Source of the DNA: Amoebophrya sp. A120
Taxonomy: Eukaryota > Protista > Dinoflagellata
Assembly: GCA_905178155.1 (NCBI GenBank)
Contig: CAJINV010000001.1
Location: forward strand, 11,280,640 to 11,344,639
DNA length: 64,000 nt
Direction of reading: 5' to 3'
Shown here piece after piece: positions 1 to 14,100 of this stretch (position 1 is the first letter of the stretch; every line of letters begins with the position of its first letter). The position numbers and the translations under genes are program-made. The notes under the pieces were generated by a model. It saw only the letters and a list, made by a program, of their open reading frames with translations, was not told where the DNA came from and ran no database searches.

Positions 1-183
1 CACAGCTGCATACTTAGAAAGCCGCCGTCGTCATCGTCGCGTTTCCTTTGATTTTGGAGTCGTGCTCTGCCTTTGCACCATCGCGGCCATCAAAGATAGA
101 AAGCCCGACCCGCTCGAAGACCAAGCGGCGACATTGTAGCTGTCGTCACCACGTAAGCCTCTCCGTAAGTAGTAGTTGCTGCG

Positions 184-1117
184 ATGTTTGGTCGCAGCCT
201 TCCCTGCCGCGCGACGGGCGCCGTGGGCCGCATGCGGGTGCCCTTCCGGAACGTGCGTCAGCGGCGGCGGACGCGCGGACGGATTATCCAGCTGAAACAG
301 ACGCACTACGAACCAAAGCCCGACTGTTCCGAAAAGTTACCGGTCTCGATTCTTGGCACTTCCGTAGTGAAGCGGCTTGTGCAGAGCCCGCGGCAGGAAG
401 CGGAGGAGCTGCTGCAACAAATTGACTGGGACAAGTACAAGACGGGCGTGCCCGGGGTGCGATGGCACGCGGCGGGCGGATTCGTCGTTCGCTTCGCCAA
501 GTATCGCCCGGATAAGAACTTCAACGTAAGTAGGTTTGTTGTGCCTAAAGAAGTGGCTTTGTTGACGCACGTTGTTGCACTCGTACAGGTGGCGCTTGTA
601 TGATCTCATCTTCATCGTTTGTAGTTCACACACGACTCACACTGTACTCGTCGCTGGAGTGAGTTCATCTTGACAAACTAGGGTCGTCGTGCAAGAATGT
701 CGACTGACGTCCTCCTATCGTGCGCGAGAATAATCATGGTCTGAAGCCTAATGTGAAACACAAGAAAAGCCAAACAATATCAATACTCCACCTCAGTGTG
801 TCTGCACCTGCCTGTTTCGTGTCGGGCTGTACGGCTTCGAAGAGGCTAAACGGCGCGCCATAGCATACCGCAAACGGCTGGAGCAAGAGTGGAACGAACA
901 GCAGAAAATATGGCGCATTCTGGACACGAAGGAGGAAATTCGGAAGTTTCAAGCAGCCAAACAAAAGTTGGAAGCTACGACGAAGAATGCAAGGGAAGAA
1001 CATGTTGTGACGCATGATATTTCTCGCGGTCCTCCGCCTGGACGACGCGGCGACGAAAGAATATCACCGCAAGAACGACCTCATCAGCCCCTCAAAAGAA
1101 TGAGCGCTGAGCTGTAG
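184..1117 (+). CDS. AP2-domain protein (ApiAP2-type) with Arg-rich N-terminus; 2 exons (184-525, 797-1117)
   Basis: A GT-AG intron (526-796) joins KTGVPGVRWHAAGGFVVRFAKYRPDKNFN to CVCTCLFRVGLYGFEEAKRRAIAYRKRLE, the GV-W / F-v-yGf-A-AI-R pattern of apicomplexan AP2 domains. Stop TAG at 1115-1117. Confidence 0.8.
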
Positions 1118-1682
1118 AATGATAATGATTGCGATTGGCTCACCTGGCCCATTCATTCTAAAGGAGGTCGCTGGTATCCTCGCTTGTTGCGCTTCTCATT
1201 TGCCTAACGCTAACGGCTACGTGCGACTTATGCAACTGCTGTGAATAATGTATCGTATAGCTTTGCTTCTACTTTTAGTAGAAGGTCACTGAACAAAGAA
1301 ACGCATCAATCTCTTTTCGCTAGCCGTTGAGTGGCTGAACTTAAATTTTCCTTTGTGGCATTGTTCGACCTTGTTGCTTGCGCTGGTGCGTGCGCGGATT
1401 TAGTGAGAGACAAAGAAAAGTGCGCAATGCGAATGAGTTCACTTCGGTGCGCTTTCGTCAGCACACTGACGCGAGGACAGGAGGGCACATACAAGGATCG
1501 GCTTCTTAAAGCGAATCCTAGGGTTAGTGTGTGCAGTCCGAGTTTCAACCAGTAAGCCATTGTTCTACGTCTATATCGGTGCTTACGCAAAACTGGAATT
1601 CCAGATTCATCAGCAAAAGAAAAACAGGAAATAATAGGAGAAAAACGAACAACGTTGTAAACAGTGATACAAGGAGGTCAAG

Positions 1683-3936
1683 ATGTTGAACCGCGTGGGC
1701 AGCTGGTTTGTCAAGAAGCTGGATAAAGACGGTGATGGGAAAGTTACCATTGATGAGGTGGAAGAGATGGTGGAGGATGCAAACAACCGCATCCGAAAGA
1801 CCATCGCGCCGGTAGCACTACAGACGGATGTCTCTGGATGCTTGAAAATTATTTCACGCAACCAGCAACGCTGATGATCATCGACACACATATTTCCAAG
1901 AAAATATTTTTGGTGACCGGTCGGAGAACATCATATATGCGTACGTTTCCATGGAAATACAACAGGTACAGGGTTTCCTACAGAAATACCGTTGGACCGC
2001 CGAGTTAGGCGTTGGGTATGTCGGCTGCTTCTACGGCGGCAACTTTTCGCATTGTTTCCTCTGCGCCAGCGCCTTTCAATCCGCGGAGGGCCAGGCGGTT
2101 GTGAAGAATTTGAAGGAGTTGCAGCAGATCACCAGGGTGAGTAGTACAGAGACAATTAATCTTGCGGTCTCCTCGTTTTTTCTTCGCGTATCGCAGCAAT
2201 TATGAAGCGCTCAAGTTGCTGCATCTGCATGCTATGTATAATGAATTATCGGAAACGGAATTCAACATCTGAATCGCCAAAATAAACCCCCTCTAGGAAT
2301 CAACGAAGCGCTTTACTGATTCCCTTGGCGCGGACGGTGCCATTCTGGTGGCCGCTTCCAGCGGTTCCGCGAGCAATGACGGCTCCCCAAGCGACGATAG
2401 CGTGGAGATTCCATCCTCGACGTTCATGGCAATTTTGACCAGTGTGGAGCCAGACCGAATCTCAAAGTGCGTGCGCAGCTGCTACACTGGTAGAATACAA
2501 CGTACTAGAAGTTGTGTTTGTGTTATCAACGATCTTTATTGAATCAAACCCTGAAGCTGAACAAGATGTCACCATGCATCCATTTCTCAAGTCCCTGGAC
2601 GAGCACCTCCGATGTAGAAAGCGTTTGACAAGAGAAGCGAAAGCTTACGATGGTGACATAGATGTTCTCCATACTGATTAAGCGGAAGCGCTAGCTAGCA
2701 TGAGGCACTTCACGAACCGGAACTGGACCCTGAAACAATTTCTACAGGTCTCCTCGTGGCGCTGTGCTCTGCAATAAACGACAATGCTGCAAAGCTGGGC
2801 TTGGGATTGACGCTGGGAGACCGCATTGCAACTTTTCTCATCTCCATTGCAGACCGATTTATGTCAGAGGTAAGATGAACGTTGCGCGAGAAGTGAGTAC
2901 TATTTGATAACAGTGCAGTGTCAGTGTCCATGCCCAAGATTGTCTGAAACTGCGCTCTGACTTCCGATAGATAAAGCAGTGACATTTACGTTTTCCGAGC
3001 AGGTAACAACACCCTGGTATTGTGGTTGAGCGAGACGAGTCAAACAACAAATTGACCATGAAAAATTCAGGCGGAAGAGAAGATTGCCCTGGAAGACGGC
3101 AGTGCGGCAATCGAGGACAACGCCAACGATGCCAACGCAGATGATTCCAAAGAAGGCAAAGCAGTCGTCCCGTTCAATAAGAAGAAGGGAAAGAAATCCC
3201 AGACACAGGCGCTCGCGTGGACGAAGTTGGCAATCCGGGGATGCGCGAGCCTAAGCGAGGGAAAAGAATGTCTGGTCTCGGTGTTGAGATATGCAGTTTT
3301 GTAGTTCCCCTTCCCCGCAAGCAGCTGTGGTAGTGTGTATGATTTGTCTAGTAAGAACGCACCGCTTGCCGGTGCAGACACCTACGAGGTGCAAGAATGC
3401 ATGAAAAGGCACATGCGAACAAAACAAAACAAATTTCGTAAAACCGGGTCAGGCACAACATTTCGACTTTGATTCCGGAGTTTGGGCGTCTACATCTCCT
3501 GGAAATTGAAAGACATGGCTGCGGTAGTTTTTTTGTGAGGTTATGACACCCTCCGCCTCCTGAGAATCCCCTTGATTTCCTTCCTCCAGATGCTTCATTT
3601 CATTTTTTCTCTGGACTACTAGCTAGTATTGCTTATTGTTCTGACTACTCTTACTCTAGACGTTCAGAAACAAATAAAACTATCGAAACTCTACAGACCT
3701 GGTCTACGTGTCACTGGGGTGGATGCAAGATTGCGACCAGCTTCTTCGAGTTGATGGCACACGAAGACGCCGCTTTGCAGGAAATGCTCGGCTTTGGTAT
3801 TGGTGGTCTTGGCTTTGCCTATCACTTGCGGCACTTTAACGGCCCCGAGCTACCGACAGTGCTGAAGCCAATCCTGATGCCGTTCACCTTCCTCGAAGCG
3901 TTTCTCCGTGGTATCACCCTGGCTAACAACAGCTGA
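1683..3936 (+). CDS. Multi-exon conserved hypothetical membrane protein with N-terminal EF-hand-like motif
   Basis: The N-terminus has LDKDGDGKVTIDEVE (EF-hand loop). About 7 exons join in frame, mostly through GT-AG introns, and encode hydrophobic helices. Ends LEAFLRGITLANNS*. Confidence 0.65.
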
Positions 3937-4334
3937 GGAGCTGGAGCTGCAAGGCGCAGGCGCCATTGATTATTCTGAGTTCGAAAAATTATAGCGAAAT
4001 TAATCTAGTGAAAGAAATAGAAAGATTGGAATGTTGGTAACTAATCCCTATCCCATATTTTCCCTTCGTCTCTGTTATCAGAGGTCGTTTTAAAGTGTGT
4101 TTTACATTTGTATGAAAAAGGTAACTGTTATTGTTGTGGAGTGTTGAGAAGTTTCTCTACCCATTGAAAAACCTGATTGAAAAAGATCGCCTTATAATAT
4201 AAGATTGTTGAAAATGGAGATACCATTGTCGGCAGTTACTGCCAAAAAATATTGTACGACTGCATCGCACTCGAGTTTTACCTAACTTTGGTTTAGCTCG
4301 ATCTGGCGGGGAAACCCCACAGGCCCATCCACGT

Positions 4335-4905
4335 ATGGATATGGTAAGGTATGATCCAGCGCACAAGCATAAATGAAACCGACCTCATGTAAAAAAATGT
4401 ATCAAACGCGAAGTTACAACGAAATACATGATACATCTTGTACTAAATAACAAAAACACAGTTGTAGCAATCTACTTCTATCCCCTCGTACCCAACATTT
4501 TCCCAAAAATACGTCGGCTGATGTATGTGTCTTGCGACAAAGAGAAAGACCAAGATGACTAAAAGAATCAATAGAAAACCAAGATTGATTTTGCATTTCT
4601 ACTGACCGGAAAAGGTATAACAACAAAGTAAAGGAAACAACAAGAAAATGAAAAGCGAAACAGCAAGGTCGAGGCGAAGTTGAAAGCCAAAGCTATGACA
4701 AAGAGACATATGGTTTTGGCCGAGGTGAAGTTGTGTACGCCCACGAGGAGGGGAACAGAGATGAAGCTGCACCAGCGCCAGACTACGTGACAGCATTGTC
4801 CCCTCATGTTCAGGAGCACGAGCACCACAAAGTAATTGGGCTCTTTTGTGTTCCTTCGAGCAAATACACGACGCCCCTTTTTTTGTTCAGGTTTCTGTAT
4901 CATGA
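4335..4905 (+). CDS. Possible small 3-exon hypothetical protein
   Basis: GTAAG donor at 4344, a coding-like middle exon (QGRGEVESQSYDKETYGFGRG...), then a GTAATT donor and a TTCAG acceptor at 4890. No recognisable domain. Confidence 0.3.
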
Positions 4906-7900
4906 CGTTGACGACCACGAGAAACTGGCTCTTGCTGGTCAGTGTTTCTCGTGACGATGTGATCCATCTTGATCAACGAAGAAATGGAGCATGCCAGATA
5001 GGATAGCGTCCTACGTCCTAGTGTTAGATCCAGTCCCTGTTTTGTGGAAATAGCGTGAAATAAATCACCCCACTTCACTTCTAGACGTACCTGCTACATC
5101 AACGTCAGCCGTCTCATCATATTACTTTTGTTTGGCGTTGGCCACGGTTCTTCCGTTTGTTTCAGAGATCTCGCGAAGTCGCCCTTGTTTCTCGACGCGG
5201 CACATGCTGAGCTGGTGCTCGGTGATACATAGATCAACGATCATCAGAAAACTACCCCCGATCTACCTCTCATTTGTACCTTTCGCCGGCGTGGTGCAAA
5301 CTACGTTACGCAAGCAATAAACTTACTTACAATTGCACTTCTGTAGTTCTTGTTGTAGTTGCTTGTAATGCTAGGTCTTGTTTCCTAGTTGCCCGAAGGA
5401 TGACATGCTAGTCGCGTTTTTGTTTTTCAGTCGGACGACGCTATAAGTTGTTCGCAAGCACCAGGTGCAACGAAGAAAATGGATCGTGGTCGTGTAGCAG
5501 AGACAGTGACAGAGTCAGTCTATTCCCGAGGGGTCCTTCAAGATCGTAAAATAGGGCGAGAAAACCGAAGCAAATGACAACCTCTACGAAGTGCTGACTA
5601 CTATGAATACTGACAATGGCACTGCATGCTGCATCTAGATAAAACCACCAAACGCAGCTAGAAGAAGTTCGAAGCACTCTGTCGACGAGGCGAACGCCAA
5701 ATCAAGATGGTTTCAATCAAAATCAACTGGCAGATGAAAAAGTTACAGTTAGGCATTTTCATTTAGTATTAGTCTCGGCTCTTCAGAAAGACTAGGATGG
5801 CTCACCACGGTCTGGAGAACAAGTAGGACTAGTTGAAGAGCAAAATCATAATCAACAAATCTGTGGCTCCCTCGCAATTTAGATTTTTCTACTTAAACTT
5901 ATTTGAAATGAACTGCGATCGAGTATCTTCAGTCACGTTCGGAGTACTACCCACCGGCTATACTACATAACTTGTCTCCACGCGCCTTATCTCGGTTTCT
6001 AGCTAGGCACTAAGATTTTAACACCAGCATTAGCCTCCCGTACTACCTTACATTTCCTTGGTTTTTTTTCCGAGTCACTTCTTCACTGTCACTTTTCCGA
6101 AAAAACCTCGAAGCCAAAATAAACCGACGCCCTGGAGCTCATGTACTTCTACTTACGCTTTTCTTTTTCCAAGAAACTGAAACCAGCACTAAGTCTAAGG
6201 AAGCGAAACAATAAGTACAACTCTCTTTCCTTATCTTTCGATTCCTACGCCAGCCACAAGGACAAGGGAATTTTCATGAGCGCTTCATCACTTTGACTTT
6301 TATTTTCATGATTGTCCTCACCTTTCGTGACATGTTTTGATGTGTTGTCCACCTGTGTAAAATAGCTAATAAAATATGAATGTATAGCCATATTCACCTA
6401 CCTCCAGTCTTCCTTTTGTATTTCTGATATCCTTGTCTATCTTCCTTCGGCGCCGTATTTTATACCAGTAAAGTTTGTTTCTTATTTTCGGTAGTTGTTG
6501 TGTAGCCCTAGCCCTCCCTGTTCTGGATAAAAAATGCGTGTTTGAATAATAACTACCGGTAACTCCGTGTCCTTGTACTTTTTGAAAGGCGTAAAGTCTA
6601 AGTCATTTTGGCCGCCCACATCCCATAGATGTCGCGCGGCACGTACTCGATTTATCTCTTCGACGTTGGCTTTCTTCCAAGATGGAAAAGGAGGACGTAG
6701 TACACATGATAAACTACAAGCGCCAAAACTGAAACGAGAGGCCACTGCTGGACGACGAGAACATCGCCGCAGGACGACATCAACGTCGCCGCCTGCAGTT
6801 TATGCGTGACAAGCTAATGCGTATGCGGCTGGGAAGATGACAGAGAAGTGGGGAAAGTTGTAGTTGTGCAGCAATAATTTGTTACCTTCACGTTACAAGC
6901 TCGCTGTCGTCTATTTTTAGTCAGAAGTCCCGGCTCATCGATTTTTTCTGAAGAGAGTGAAAGTTTGTAATTGCTGGAATGTCCAAGTTGTTAATGCGAA
7001 CGTGTAGGAATAGGAAGAGTTTGTCTTCGTGTGCACTTCTCCTCATCCGATTCTTTTTCTTGCAGACCCCACAGCATAAGCATTATGTTGCATTTCTTCA
7101 TACGACCGGGACGGAGCTGCAACTACCGGAAGCCGATGGTTGCAGAAAGCAGGGGACGACACTATCGCCGTAGGTGGACCACGGGGTCGACATCTTCGAC
7201 AGGCTCCAGTGTGTCTGTCGCGCGGAAGGCCAGCAACAGCATCTACCTACCTTCGGACGGAAAATAAAGCCGAACTTCAGCTGGAGGACCGATCGCCCGG
7301 GAAATTCTTCAACTCGGGCACGGAGGAAGATGACCAGTGGGCTTTTCGCCATGGTCGAGGAAAGAAAGTTTACGCACCACGCTGTTTGAGATTTGACGGA
7401 AGAGCGCTACTGTAGAGTAGTAGCAAAGAGGCAGGCCGAAAGAACAAGCTGCACGAAACAACATCTTCCACATCGTTCTTTGACGAACATCAAGAAGGAC
7501 CTGCTGAATTACCCCTACTAGTACAGAAATATTCGAGAAGCAAAACCGAAAGCATAGTTGTGACTTTCACGTATTACATAAATACAATATCGATAGTACA
7601 GTTACAGCGGACGACAAGATTTGACAGAGAAAAAAGCAAAGACGCAGTTCTGCTGCTCGAGAAGAACAAGAACAAGAAGTGTACAAAAGAAGTTCAAGAA
7701 GTTTCCATGGGACGCACAGGTGCAAGTTTTAGTTCCAGCTCAACTTCCAAAGAAAACCCGCAGCGGGAAACCGAGACGCACGAGGCCGCACCGAATCCCT
7801 CGACCACGTCCACGCTGAAGAAGCACCACAAGCTATCCAGCTAGGGGCCCCCGTCCCCGCTCGACCCCTAGTACTGCGACGATAAAGCGTCGTAAAAACC

Positions 7901-8171
7901 ATGTCACTGATGCGGTCTTACCACCCCTCCGGGCTCAGCGGCCGTGCTTCGTACGCTGAGCTGAAGCTGTATCGCCTCCGTGGAAACATCCATCGAAGCG
8001 AAGAGGACAGTATCTAGATGAAGATTTTCTGACTGTTACATACTTTATTCTACTTGGAAGATTAATTTTAATATAACGAGCCCAGCCGAAGCGAGCAGAA
8101 GTCAAAGGTTTTTTTTTTATGCGTGTTCTTCATCTTCAATCGACCTGTATCAAGTACAAAAAAAAATGCAG

Positions 8172-11100
8172 GCCCCGAGACGTATGTCCTGCGCATTGGT
8201 AGCTTCATGACGATGGGTTTCATCAAGGAGCGCTTGGCGGCACATTTGAATCGTGCGAGGGGCACCAGGGGCAATATTGTCACCGTCGAACAGCAGGAGG
8301 CTGATTCATTTTCATCGAGCGGAGTCGGAGTCGGGGGCAGTACTAGTGCATCCGAAGTCGAAAAAATCAAGACAACGTCTTCTACTTCCGCAGTAGTGCA
8401 CTCCCATCCCGAGGTTCGCCCAGACGACCTGCGGATCATCTACAAAGGCATCGAAATCGGTGCGGGAGCGAACGGATCTAGCACCGTGATGATGAAAGAG
8501 TTTGGCTTGATCGAGGGGGAGAAGCACACTGCAGATTACCTCCTCCCGGTCGACGGGCGGCCACACTCAGAAGAAGAACTGCTCGAAAAGCTCGCGGCCG
8601 CGGAATCTACCATGCTGCAAAAAAACGAGAATATTATCGGAAGTAACTACAGCTGCAGCCTTTGTTCCCTTTCTCCCACTCTGGAACCTACCACCCCCGG
8701 TGCTGTGCCTCTGTTGGAGGATCGCACGCCAGCACTGCTTCCCGCTGCCGGATCCGGTCCTTCGTTTGCAAGTCTCCCGATCCGGCCACGTGGCCTCAGT
8801 GTGTGCCTCGGCAGCGCGACCGCTCTGGCGAGGCAGTCAAGTGGACCTGCGACGCCACTCACGCGGAAGCATGCTGCTGTATATGGAGGTTTCGGAGCCG
8901 CTTGTCGTGCTGCTCTCGGGACAGCTCCTCAGACCACGCTGCTGCCCACGACCCCGGAGCGTGGCCACGTTGCTGAGTTTGCGAAGTCGCCCTGCTCTCC
9001 AAATTGTAGTTGGGCGGGACAAATCAGAGCTCCTGTGGTCACAGGTGGATCATCCAAAAAGGCTTTGAATTCATCCGCTCTCGCCCACCCGTCGACCGAG
9101 GCTGCTGCCCACGTTGTGCTCGTGAATCCCCTTGATAAAGCAACACTTTCTACTGTCGCTGCTCACGACCGGCTGGATGAAGATGATGCTCAACATGGAG
9201 GCTCAGGTTTTACCACGACAGTACTAGAGAGTGATGAACAAGTTCGGGAGCTGCGAAGTCAAGCGGGTGAAGCAACAAGTTCCGCACGTAATTTTCAAAA
9301 CGGGGCTTCAAGGACCACTGCCAGCACGCGGCGCGTTTCTTCCATGGAACAAGGCGAAACGCCATGTCCTGCTTCTCCCAGGCAACGAAGCGATGGAAGC
9401 ACCGAACGATTTCCAGCGGTCGGGGCAAATATGAACACAATCGCCAGATGTCCTAGTACTTCGATTGAAGAGTATCCCAACGTTGCTTTCACGACCAGCA
9501 GTGCCGACGAGGACTCTTGTGCCGCCAGTTTGGGCACGACCAGTCGCTCTCCAACGGGGGAAGCGAACATGATTTCCGCTGAGGGAAGCAGGAAGCAAGG
9601 ACCTTGGAGTCCAAGAACTGGTAAGAAAAAACAGGAGGAGGTTGAGGACGATGACAAAGTGGCCACTTTTATCGCGGACCCGCAGGCCTTTATGGACTCC
9701 GATGTGGAGCACCTAGTGCAACAAGCGGCCGACGCTTTCACGAACGGCGCGTCGCCGCAGCTCACTCCCGATGGAACGAGTGGGACCTACCGAATTTACG
9801 ACTCGGCACACCCGACTACTGTTCCACCGCGCCCGAAGAAAAACAAGAATAAGAGAGCTGCGCCTCATAGTTGTACTTCTACACACGAAGACGTGGAGCC
9901 GGAAGAGAGGAGTACCGCAGGAAGTCGAAGTCCATCTAGAGGTTTGGATAACTATGTGAAGGAGTCCCAGAAGTATAGCAATAGTGTGGCCGCGACCCAC
10001 AGCCAGACTAAAACCATCGACACCTCCCTGAAGACGTTGCTCGTGATGCCCAGCAACTCGGAGGAAAACAGTAATGGCCAGTCGGAAGGTAGCAGCTCTC
10101 ACTGCGAGCAGCACAAGCCGCGAAGTAAAATGCCTCCGTGGCGTCCGCGCCGGCTTCGGGGCACCACCTTCTCGCAGCTCTCATCCAGCGGGGACTCGCT
10201 CGTCTCGACCACCGCCCCACCGGAATCCGAGCAGACTTGGACGTCCAGCAGCATGGCTTCAGCACCAACGGCGAGCCTGGGGTCAATCGACCCGGACACA
10301 ACTGAGGGGCTGACAGCGTGGTCCTACAGCCTCAGCAGCGAGGGACCATCTCCATCCTCTTCCGCGACGAACAAATCGAGCCCAGTGAGTCATGGATTAA
10401 TACTGGGCAGCACTGGTGGTTTCGGGAAAAGAACAGACGTAAACATCAAGAACCAACAGCACAGCGACCTCTCTGCGGTGCTGTCTACTGCAGGCGCAGC
10501 TACCAAGAACACCGGTAGAAAATACATTCCGCCACATGCCCGCTTTCGGTTCACAAACAAAAATTGTTCTTCAACGGCCGCCTCAGCAGCCGCTGAAGAA
10601 GGTATGCGCATGGATGTCCAGGAGCGTGCGGCGGGTGCTCGACCAGATGCGGTCGATGATAACGAAGCCCCGGCGTGGTCGGGTACTGGAAAAACTCGTA
10701 GTAGCCAGGACCACTTTGACTTTTCACTGGTAGACGACGCGCATGGAGAAGTGGAAGCGGACGGCGTCGACGGTGACCGCCTCGCGTACAGGGGGAGCGA
10801 GGAAGTGGAAGTACCGGGTCTGCTGCAAGAAAATCGCACGGAGGACTCGGACCATTCGCACAGGACCGCTTCGACCGCAACCTCCACTCCAACGGTCGGC
10901 TCGGTTGTATCGCTAGTATCGGACATCAACCTGACGATGAACAATATCAATATTAAGTCCAAGCCACAAATAAACCAAAAAACGCGGGGGCAACTACAAC
11001 ATTATGCGTCTCCAACTAGCTCTAGTAGTGCGATGAACTACAACGCTACGAACACGTCGGCGCATGTAGCTTCACAGCAGTCACACCATAATCCAATGCG

Positions 11101-14100
11101 CATGTTGTTAACTGCTACCTCCACCTGTTCGCAACTGAAAGTGATTCCAGAGCGAGATTCCGTCAGGTCAGGCTCCTCATTTTCCGCTGACGGAACCTCT
11201 CACCGAACGGAACGGGTAAGCTCTTGCCTCGAGGAGCCCCCGGACACGACCACCGCCATGGCGCGCACGGCCTCGGGAAAGTTGAAAAAGAAGTCCGCGT
11301 TCCTCGAGATGCACAAGGATTGCACTGACCGCGAGCATCTGATCGGGTTTTTCAAGCCCCGCGACGAGGAGGTGCACGCCCCGTTCAATCCCCGGGGCAC
11401 GCAGTCCAAGGTGCCCGACGTGGAATCCAGTCGACCGGGCGTGTACGCAACGCAGCAGGCCTGCCGGGAGGTCGCGGCCTACGTCATTGACCAGGGGTAC
11501 GCGGGGGTGCCGCCAACTGTCATGGTAAAATATGGTTTTTTTGTGGGTCGCTGATCTTCGCCAGATGACGAGACTCAGACTCGTCGTGGTCTTTGAACTG
11601 ATTAAATAGAAACCCCGAATGTCTGATGTCTGTGCTTCGAATTCAGATTTCTTGGGGCATTTTGACGAACGAAAAAAACTTTAAAGTTAAACTACAAGCA
11701 CGACTTCACTCTATCGTCTCAATAAATTTCTATCTCAGTGTCGAGCCCGGCATCCGGTATTTTGCAATCCGGAAACGGGGTTGATCTGGAAGCATGGTAG
11801 TCTGCAGCAGCCCGTGGATTCGGCCCGTGACTCGATGGAAGACTTCGGTCGGTCGATGTTTTCCCCGGAACAGATCCACCGAATCGGCATCCTGGACGTC
11901 CGCATTCTGAACATGGATCGGAACGAAGGAAACTGCCTGGTGAAGCGGAAAAAGGTCGTCCGGGCGCAGGAGCAGCCCGGTCGACCCCTGCCAAATTTTG
12001 CGTGCGAGGACGATGTAGTGCAGCACGAGGAGCACTTCGAGGAGGACCCGAAGGAGGTCGAAGTGCTGGAATTGGTTCCCATCGACCACGGACTGTCGCT
12101 CCCTGACCGCCTGGATATTTCCGCAAACGATCTCGCCTGGATGAAGTACCCGCAAGCGAAACTGCCGTTTTCCCCCGAGACGCTCACCTTCATTCGCAGT
12201 CTAGACGCTCACCACGACCGAGAACGCCTGCGAAAGTATTGTGGAATCAGATCAGATCCGCTGCGCCTGCAATGGGTATTCATTGTTGTACAGCTTTCTA
12301 GATTTAAAAAGTTTTGTCATCTGTGATTCTTCTTTTTTCCGTACACGACACGACACGATCACAATTTCGCTCCGATTCAACATCTCCAAGAAGATGCAAA
12401 AATTTTACAAAGACGACACTGACCAGCATGCCCTTGCCCGGCACCGCAGCGATTAATACGCCTCCTGCAGTGCATGTTGTTCGTAGAAAGCGCAAAGAGT
12501 TCTTGTTGTATGAAAGATTTTTAATATGATAATATGCCAAAAGGAAAACACAATCAATATACAGGCGGCCACGATCCTGCTGCAAGTGTGTGCTGGGGAA
12601 GGGCTGACGCTATACGACATTGGGTGCATCCTGTACAAGGATGTCGAGCCGCAGCAGGGCGGCTTGGCACCGCAAACATCGGAGCCCGCGACCGGAGTTT
12701 CTGTTTCCTCTGTGGGACCACACCATCCGCTTCTCCTGCACCCATGCGTGTTTGAGAAGCTGATTCGGCATGCCATGTTGGCAACGGTTGGCTACGTGAC
12801 CCGCAACAACTACATCGTCAGCCCGTGCTTTGCGCCGAGGAACACGAGTCACCTGCCCCGCGGGGTTACCGGCGCGCTTGCCCAGTCGCCCGGCGGTCCG
12901 CGGATCCAATCTACCTCCAGCCCGAAGTTGATTCCGTCAGATCTGATTAGCCCGAAGAAACAACCGAAAAAAATCCGTTCTCCAGCTGCTACTGTTGCGT
13001 CTTGTTCCACGCCCCGGTGTCCTGCTCCGCCTCCGGCTTCTCTACCTCCTGAGGCACTGGATCATAAAGAAAGGCAGGTCGAGGTCGAACAGACGAGCAA
13101 ATCAAACTCCAACCGAAATAACTATGTGACCGCTGCTCAAGCAGCAGCAGCAGCAGAAGGCCGAGCAAAAGAAGCAGGGAGTAGAATAGCGTCGCCGCCA
13201 AGAAATTCTTGCAGCATAACTCCGGATCTGGTTTGTGATGTTGATCGTCCTTGCACGACGAGCACTGCCTTGGCGGTCGAGGCTGTAGGGATCGTGCCAG
13301 TTCCTGCCACAACTGCGGACCGGATTGATGAGAAATCGTTTCCGCCTTCCCAGGCTACAAAGGGAGAGCAGCTCCAGCTTGCATTGCCAGCATCTGGTGC
13401 ATTACGAGTCCGGCATACAGATACACACGACCCGTCTCGACCTGGATCTACTTGCGGCGCTGGAGTAGAGGACGGTGCGCTAGACATGTTGTTTGTCGAG
13501 GAAGACAGGCGGGAGCAGCTCGAGGTCAAGAGTTCGTTGTACAGGTTCCCCGCCAAAACTCCGGACGAGGACTGCTGGTATCAGAATTGTATCGCTTTCA
13601 GATCTCCTGCTGCTGCTTCAAGAAGTGCTGTGGCACTAAAGAGCTGCAAAGTGAAACAAGTGCCGATGAATAAAGCGCCGGACTATCGGAAACGACTGTC
13701 CGAAAGCTCGCCAGTTGATGTACAAAAGCAGCCCGAGTTGAAGAAGCACTGCGGGCCAGGGCGGCGAGATTTACCTCTTCAGCAGCTGGTGAGGACCAGC
13801 AATTTCAACGCCGCTTCGATGTGGTCATTCACCTCCGAGGAGAGTAAGCAGAACAACATCAAGTTCGGAATCCGGGACGAGTACAACACCGAAAAAACCC
13901 CCGACGTCCCGTTTGCTTCTCCAGCGGTTTTCTTTGGACCCCATGACAACCGGCATCGGCTTTGCAGCGACTTTGCCGCTCTGTTCGCGGAAGAAGCGGC
14001 TGCAAAATCCCCGCAGATTGCGCAACAAGAAAAGGGAAACAACCAGAGTTGCCCAGACTTGAACTTGTTGCATCAAAGAGTGCCGCTAGTACCTCATCCA

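Noticed and set aside
7031-7844. Possible 5' exons of the PI4K gene or a separate small gene
   Set aside because: Frame and splice sites are ambiguous.
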